Below, one piece after another: positions 59,301 through 64,000 of a DNA stretch of 64,000 bases. This DNA comes from Lytechinus pictus (taxonomy: Eukaryota). The notes under the pieces were generated by a model. The model ran no database searches. It saw only the letters and a list, made by a program, of their open reading frames with translations, and was not told the DNA's origin. Position 1 is the first letter of the stretch; each line of letters opens with the position of its first letter. The stretch covers positions 12,092,001-12,156,000 of the forward strand of contig NC_087263.1 of NCBI RefSeq assembly GCF_037042905.1. Direction: 5' to 3'. The position numbers and the translations under genes are program-made.

Positions 59301-59860
59301 TGGATAGTTCTAAAGTCATTGATATATCTTCATAATTTGGGCAAAGAAAGTTCAGTAGTTACCATTACTGGAATCTGTGTTAGACTTTCAATCATATTCA
59401 TACACTTTTGTCAATCAGCAATATCAAATCGAAAAAAAAATTGGATAGTTCTAAAGTCATTGATATATCTTCCCAATTTGGGCAAAGAAAGTTCAGTAGT
59501 TACCATTACTGGAATCTGTGTTAGATTTTCAATCGTATTCATACACTTTTGTCAATCAGCAATATCAAATCGAAAAAAAAATTGGATAGTTCTAAAGTCA
59601 TTGATATATCTTCATAATTTGGGCAAAGAAAGTTCAGTAGTTACCATTACTGGAATCTGTGTTAGATTTTCAATCATATTCATACACTTTTGTCAATCAG
59701 CAATATCAAATTGAAGAAGAAAAAAAATGAATATAGTTCCAAAGTCATTGATATATCTTCCCAATTTGGGCAAAGGAAGTTCAGAATTTACCATTTCTAG
59801 AATCAGTGTTAGATTTTCAGTTATATTCATACACTTTTGTCAGTCAGCAATATCAAATTG
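56361..59860 (+). repeat. 140/141-bp tandem satellite array (about 25 units)
   Basis: AAAGTCATTGATATATCTTCCCAATTTGGGCAAAG recurs every 140-141 bp (147 bp for two variant units). Confidence 0.97.
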
Positions 59861-60683
59861 AATGGGTTGGGTCGAACGAATATCTTTTGCCTTCCTGTTG
59901 AAATTAGGCTCATGACACCTCTCTACACTGGAGCCATGTGTTCCTGGATTCAGGAACACTAGAGCCATATAATCAACAGCGCCCCCTCTCGGTTAATCTA
60001 GAGCTAAGCTGTTGATTGATGGCACTGATCCGAGAGTGATGGGCGTCTTTAAAATTTAGACATTTACGTGTATATACTCTCAATTTATTCAAATTTTGTG
60101 CAGAAAAGAAAATGAATGGAGTCACTAATATCATTTAATGCATTTTTGCAAATTATTTTGTTACAAGGGAGATACCATGAAAATATGAAATTATGATTTC
60201 AAAGTGGTAAATTCTGTAGGTTTCCATGTTCATGACAGCGTGTATGATATAAATCTTTAATTAAAAAAAAATTGATAAAATTGAAAATTCAATAATGTCG
60301 TTACTTGCTATCCCTTTAAGGAAATTAAGAATCTTATTTTGAAATCATGCGAACGGATTATCGATGGCGCGTCTTGGCAAGAAAGTGCAGCCAGCGAGCG
60401 AAAATGGGCTTCTGTATGTACGTTAGATTTTTTATTGTAATTCGGGGCAGGCACAAGACGGCCGCTATATAGGCCTGATTGTGTAAAGCGATATCAATTT
60501 TCTAATTGGGAAGCGAACAAGCTAAAGGGAAATAAAATGAATGAAACAACTTTTACTAACATTTGCTTTAATAATAACTTTTTGTATAGGTTGGGGCATT
60601 TTAATCAATCTATATTTTCAAGTCTTCCCTCATTTTTTTATTTTTTTTTTATTGGGGGCATGACATCATTTTATTCAATCTAT

Positions 60684-60957
60684 ATAATAATAATAATGAT
60701 AATAATGATAATAATAATAATAATAAGAAGAATAATAACGTTTTATTTACCCAGGGTAGCCACTTCAGTTAGGAAACTGCTCTACCAGCGGGCCCTGCAT
60801 AACATGTTATTATTGCCCTTCTCCTCCAATCTAAATGCTGAGCGCCTAGCAAGAAGGCAGAAGGTCCCATTTTTATAAGTCTTTGGTATGACTCGGCCGA
60901 GGATCGAACCCACGACCTCCCGTTCATGAGGCGGACGCTCTACCACTGAGCCACCCT
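60684..60957 (-). mobile_element. Third tRNA-derived SINE with (TTA)n-type tail
   Basis: Minus strand reads GGTGGCTCAGTGGTAGAGCG...GGTTCGATCCTCGGCCGAGTCATACCAAAGACT; a 3' fragment of the same type lies at about 670-815. Confidence 0.75.
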
Positions 60958-61665
60958 CACCCTTTTTTTTTGGGGGGGTGGACTATGGGGCGTGGCTGTC
61001 TATTCCTCTGATAAAAAGGTTTTCTTCAACAATTTACAATTTACACGATGACAGCTGCATATTGATAATCAATATCCCGCATGAAAAGAGTTTTACAAAT
61101 TTCCTACATAGTTTTATTCGTTCACTTTGTTATTTCTTTTTGTTTTAATACTTGGAATGACCCTCAATTTACACAACAAACTATCATGGAACTGTGGAGC
61201 GGGGATGCAAGAAAAAAAGAAAGAGAGACAGAAAGAGAAAGAGTGTGAGAGAGAGAGAGAAAGAAAGAGAGAGCTAGAGGAAGAGGAATAACGAAAAGGA
61301 AAAGGGAAAAGAAACTTAAGTAAGAAGTACCTTTAAGAAACTTTTGCCACACACTCCCTGCTGTGCCCCCTCTTTTTTTTTACTCATGACGCTATATACT
61401 CTTGCAGCGAGCTTCACACCATTTAACGCTCACGTAAATTTATGTTCACCAGTGGCATACAGATGGGGGGGGGGCTGGCTTCTCTTTCTTTTCATTTTTT
61501 TTCCTTCTTCCTCTTTTCTGTTTTATTTTATACACCCTTCCCTCCCCCCTTGCTCTATATACTTTGATAGGGGCAAGGGCTTTTAGGTTGCAGATTTACA
61601 ACTTCGGGGTCGCAACTTCTATTTTTGTTTTCCCTATAATAGTCCACATTGAGCCAATTACTTTT

Positions 61666-62130
<465 letters not shown>

Positions 62131-64000
62131 ATTCATTTATTCTCATTTATTTCCTTCTTTTCCCTTTCTCGTTCATTTATTCCATCTTGTTTCTTTTCCT
62201 TTCTATTTAGGTCTACTTTATTCCCCTTTTTTTGTCTCCCCTCTCATTTCCTTTAAAATCTATAGTCACGAAAGTGCGAAGCGAAAGAGAGAGAGACAAC
62301 AATTAAAAGACAAAACATTAAAATCTAATCTATATATATAGTGGCACTGTGGCAGTTTTAATATCAGATGCTCCTTTTTCTTCATCTTCATTTTCCTGTC
62401 AATTTTCTCACCGGACGTGCGGACGTCTTTTTTTTTTTTGGGGGGGGGGGGGGGCGGGGGCGTACAGTGCCCTGGAAACGATTTTTTTTTTTTAGTGGCG
62501 GGGGGGGGGGGGTGCTGAACAACATTTTAAGGTTTCACTATACAAAATGAAGGTTATTTTCGTCCTGAGCAATTTGACAAGAAAAAAAAGGGTTTCTGTA
62601 AAAAATATGTTGGTCATTGTTGTTACCTTTCTCCATTTTGTCACACCTTCCAGAATTACTAGGGGGTGCTGCCTAAGGAAAATAATACACGCAGCACCCC
62701 AATTTTTGGGGATCATGCTTCAGCCCCACTTCTCATGGCCATGGGGGCGTATAGTATCTTTCAAGCCTCCTCCACTATGTCACCTATCTGTATGCCAAGA
62801 TAAGGACAGCTGGTGTTGCAATACATTTGGTGATGATATCTTTAATTCTCTGTAACCAAATTTGACAATTTTAGAACAAAAATTGGATAAGCGTTTAGCT
62901 CATTGGCTGGCAAAAAACAAACAAACATAATTTGAACATGAATGCACGTTATTCAAGAGGGGTTCGGGACACCTATTGCAGCAGAAAGAGAAGAAAAAGA
63001 AAAGAAGAAACTGTAACAAACTTTTACCGCCCGCCCCCCAAAAACACATGTTTCAAAATCGCTTCTTGAAAGGGCACTTCGCTGCACATTAAAATCTTTT
63101 TAACTCCTATTTAAAAATCTCCTTCATGTTCCTGGAACAATATAAAGATTATGATCGCTCCTTTGAAAGGGCAGTATACGGCAAACATTGCGATGTTAGG
63201 TATATACGGCAAACATTGCGATGTTAGGTATATAGGGCCTATTGGGTGGGTTTTTGTTATGTCTTTAAATTTCAATGGTTGTTCCAACCCCTTTTTTAAC
63301 AACAATTTCATTTTCATTGGTCTAAACAGCAAGGGGCGGCGGAGCGAAGTTGAAAGTGTGGGGGGGGGGGGGGAGGGCACCTTTTCTTTGGAAAAGGGCA
63401 CTATCTTTAAAAAAAAGAACAAAAAGACTTATATACAGTGGCGTATTGAGCCAAAAATTTTGAGGAGGCTAGATATGTCGTATCAAGTTAAATGTTAAAT
63501 TTTGTGATATATTTCACCCTTCTCTTTTTTTCCTTCACATATGCAAGTAGTAACATAGAAAACAATTAAGAGTATATATTGCTTAATTTCTTGTTTCAAA
63601 GGGGCACTTGTTAACACATAGAACGGGTCCTTCTCAGGAGAAAGGGTCACAGTACACGTTCGGGAGGGGCATTTTTCTTGCATAAAGAGGGCTCTATTTC
63701 AGAGCTTCAAAAAGTGAAGGGGGCAGTGTGCCCCCCCACCGGCCCCAACAGGATCGATCGCCGCCTCTGGGTCTAAAATTGTGTTCTCCGGTCAACAAAA
63801 CAGATGTATGGGTCGACAACATAGAGATGTATACTAATTAGTATATATCTCTATGGTCGACAATTAGTTTTGCCCCATCGAAAATTTTACCAAAAGAATT
63901 ATAACAAAATAATAAAACAATAATATCTTTGCATTTTCCTACGTAGCCATCTGTTTAGCCGGCCTACTTTGATTTGGGAGATGGATGTGGGGTGTGATTT

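Noticed and set aside
56361..59860. Possible CRISPR-like array, or repeat-protein ORFs (MIYLPNLGKESS...)
   Set aside because: Head-to-tail units without unique spacers, no cas genes, eukaryotic context. The ORFs arise only where 141-bp units happen to keep the frame.
60880..60957. tRNA gene (CAT in an anticodon-like loop) on the minus strand
   Set aside because: A and B boxes are present but there is no proper acceptor stem; it continues into a SINE body and simple-repeat tail.

Overview
This is eukaryotic (animal) genomic DNA with AT-rich, repeat-laden introns. The repeat landscape suggests a marine invertebrate deuterostome such as a sea urchin (inference only). Two intron-containing genes lie in tandem on the + strand, and both can be spliced by hand through GT-AG junctions with consistent phases. 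(1) The 3' part of a TRIP11/GMAP-210 golgin gene: 14 visible coding exons at 51-24418, about 2145 codons, including a 3981-nt coiled-coil exon and the GRAB/GA1 C-terminus; its 5' end lies upstream of the window. (2) A complete atypical E2F (E2F7/8) gene: a probable non-coding first exon ending at 29154 and 15 coding exons at 32617-50353, about 1731 aa, with two DNA-binding domains and a very long S/P-rich tail. The non-coding DNA contains many non-autonomous transposons (TTAA/Kolobok-like, hAT-like, Harbinger-like, Tc1/mariner-like, Helentron/HINE-like), tRNA-derived SINEs, microsatellites, and 134-, 176- and 140-bp tandem arrays. The most unusual items are an 834-bp foldback palindrome just downstream of an E2F7/8 splice donor, tandem duplications of TRIP11 exon-intron junctions, a CCAAT-multiplying VNTR in front of the E2F7/8 promoter, and the roughly doubled length of E2F7/8. 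I found no prokaryote-type system, CRISPR array or autonomous transposase, and nothing I can honestly call a wholly new biological system.
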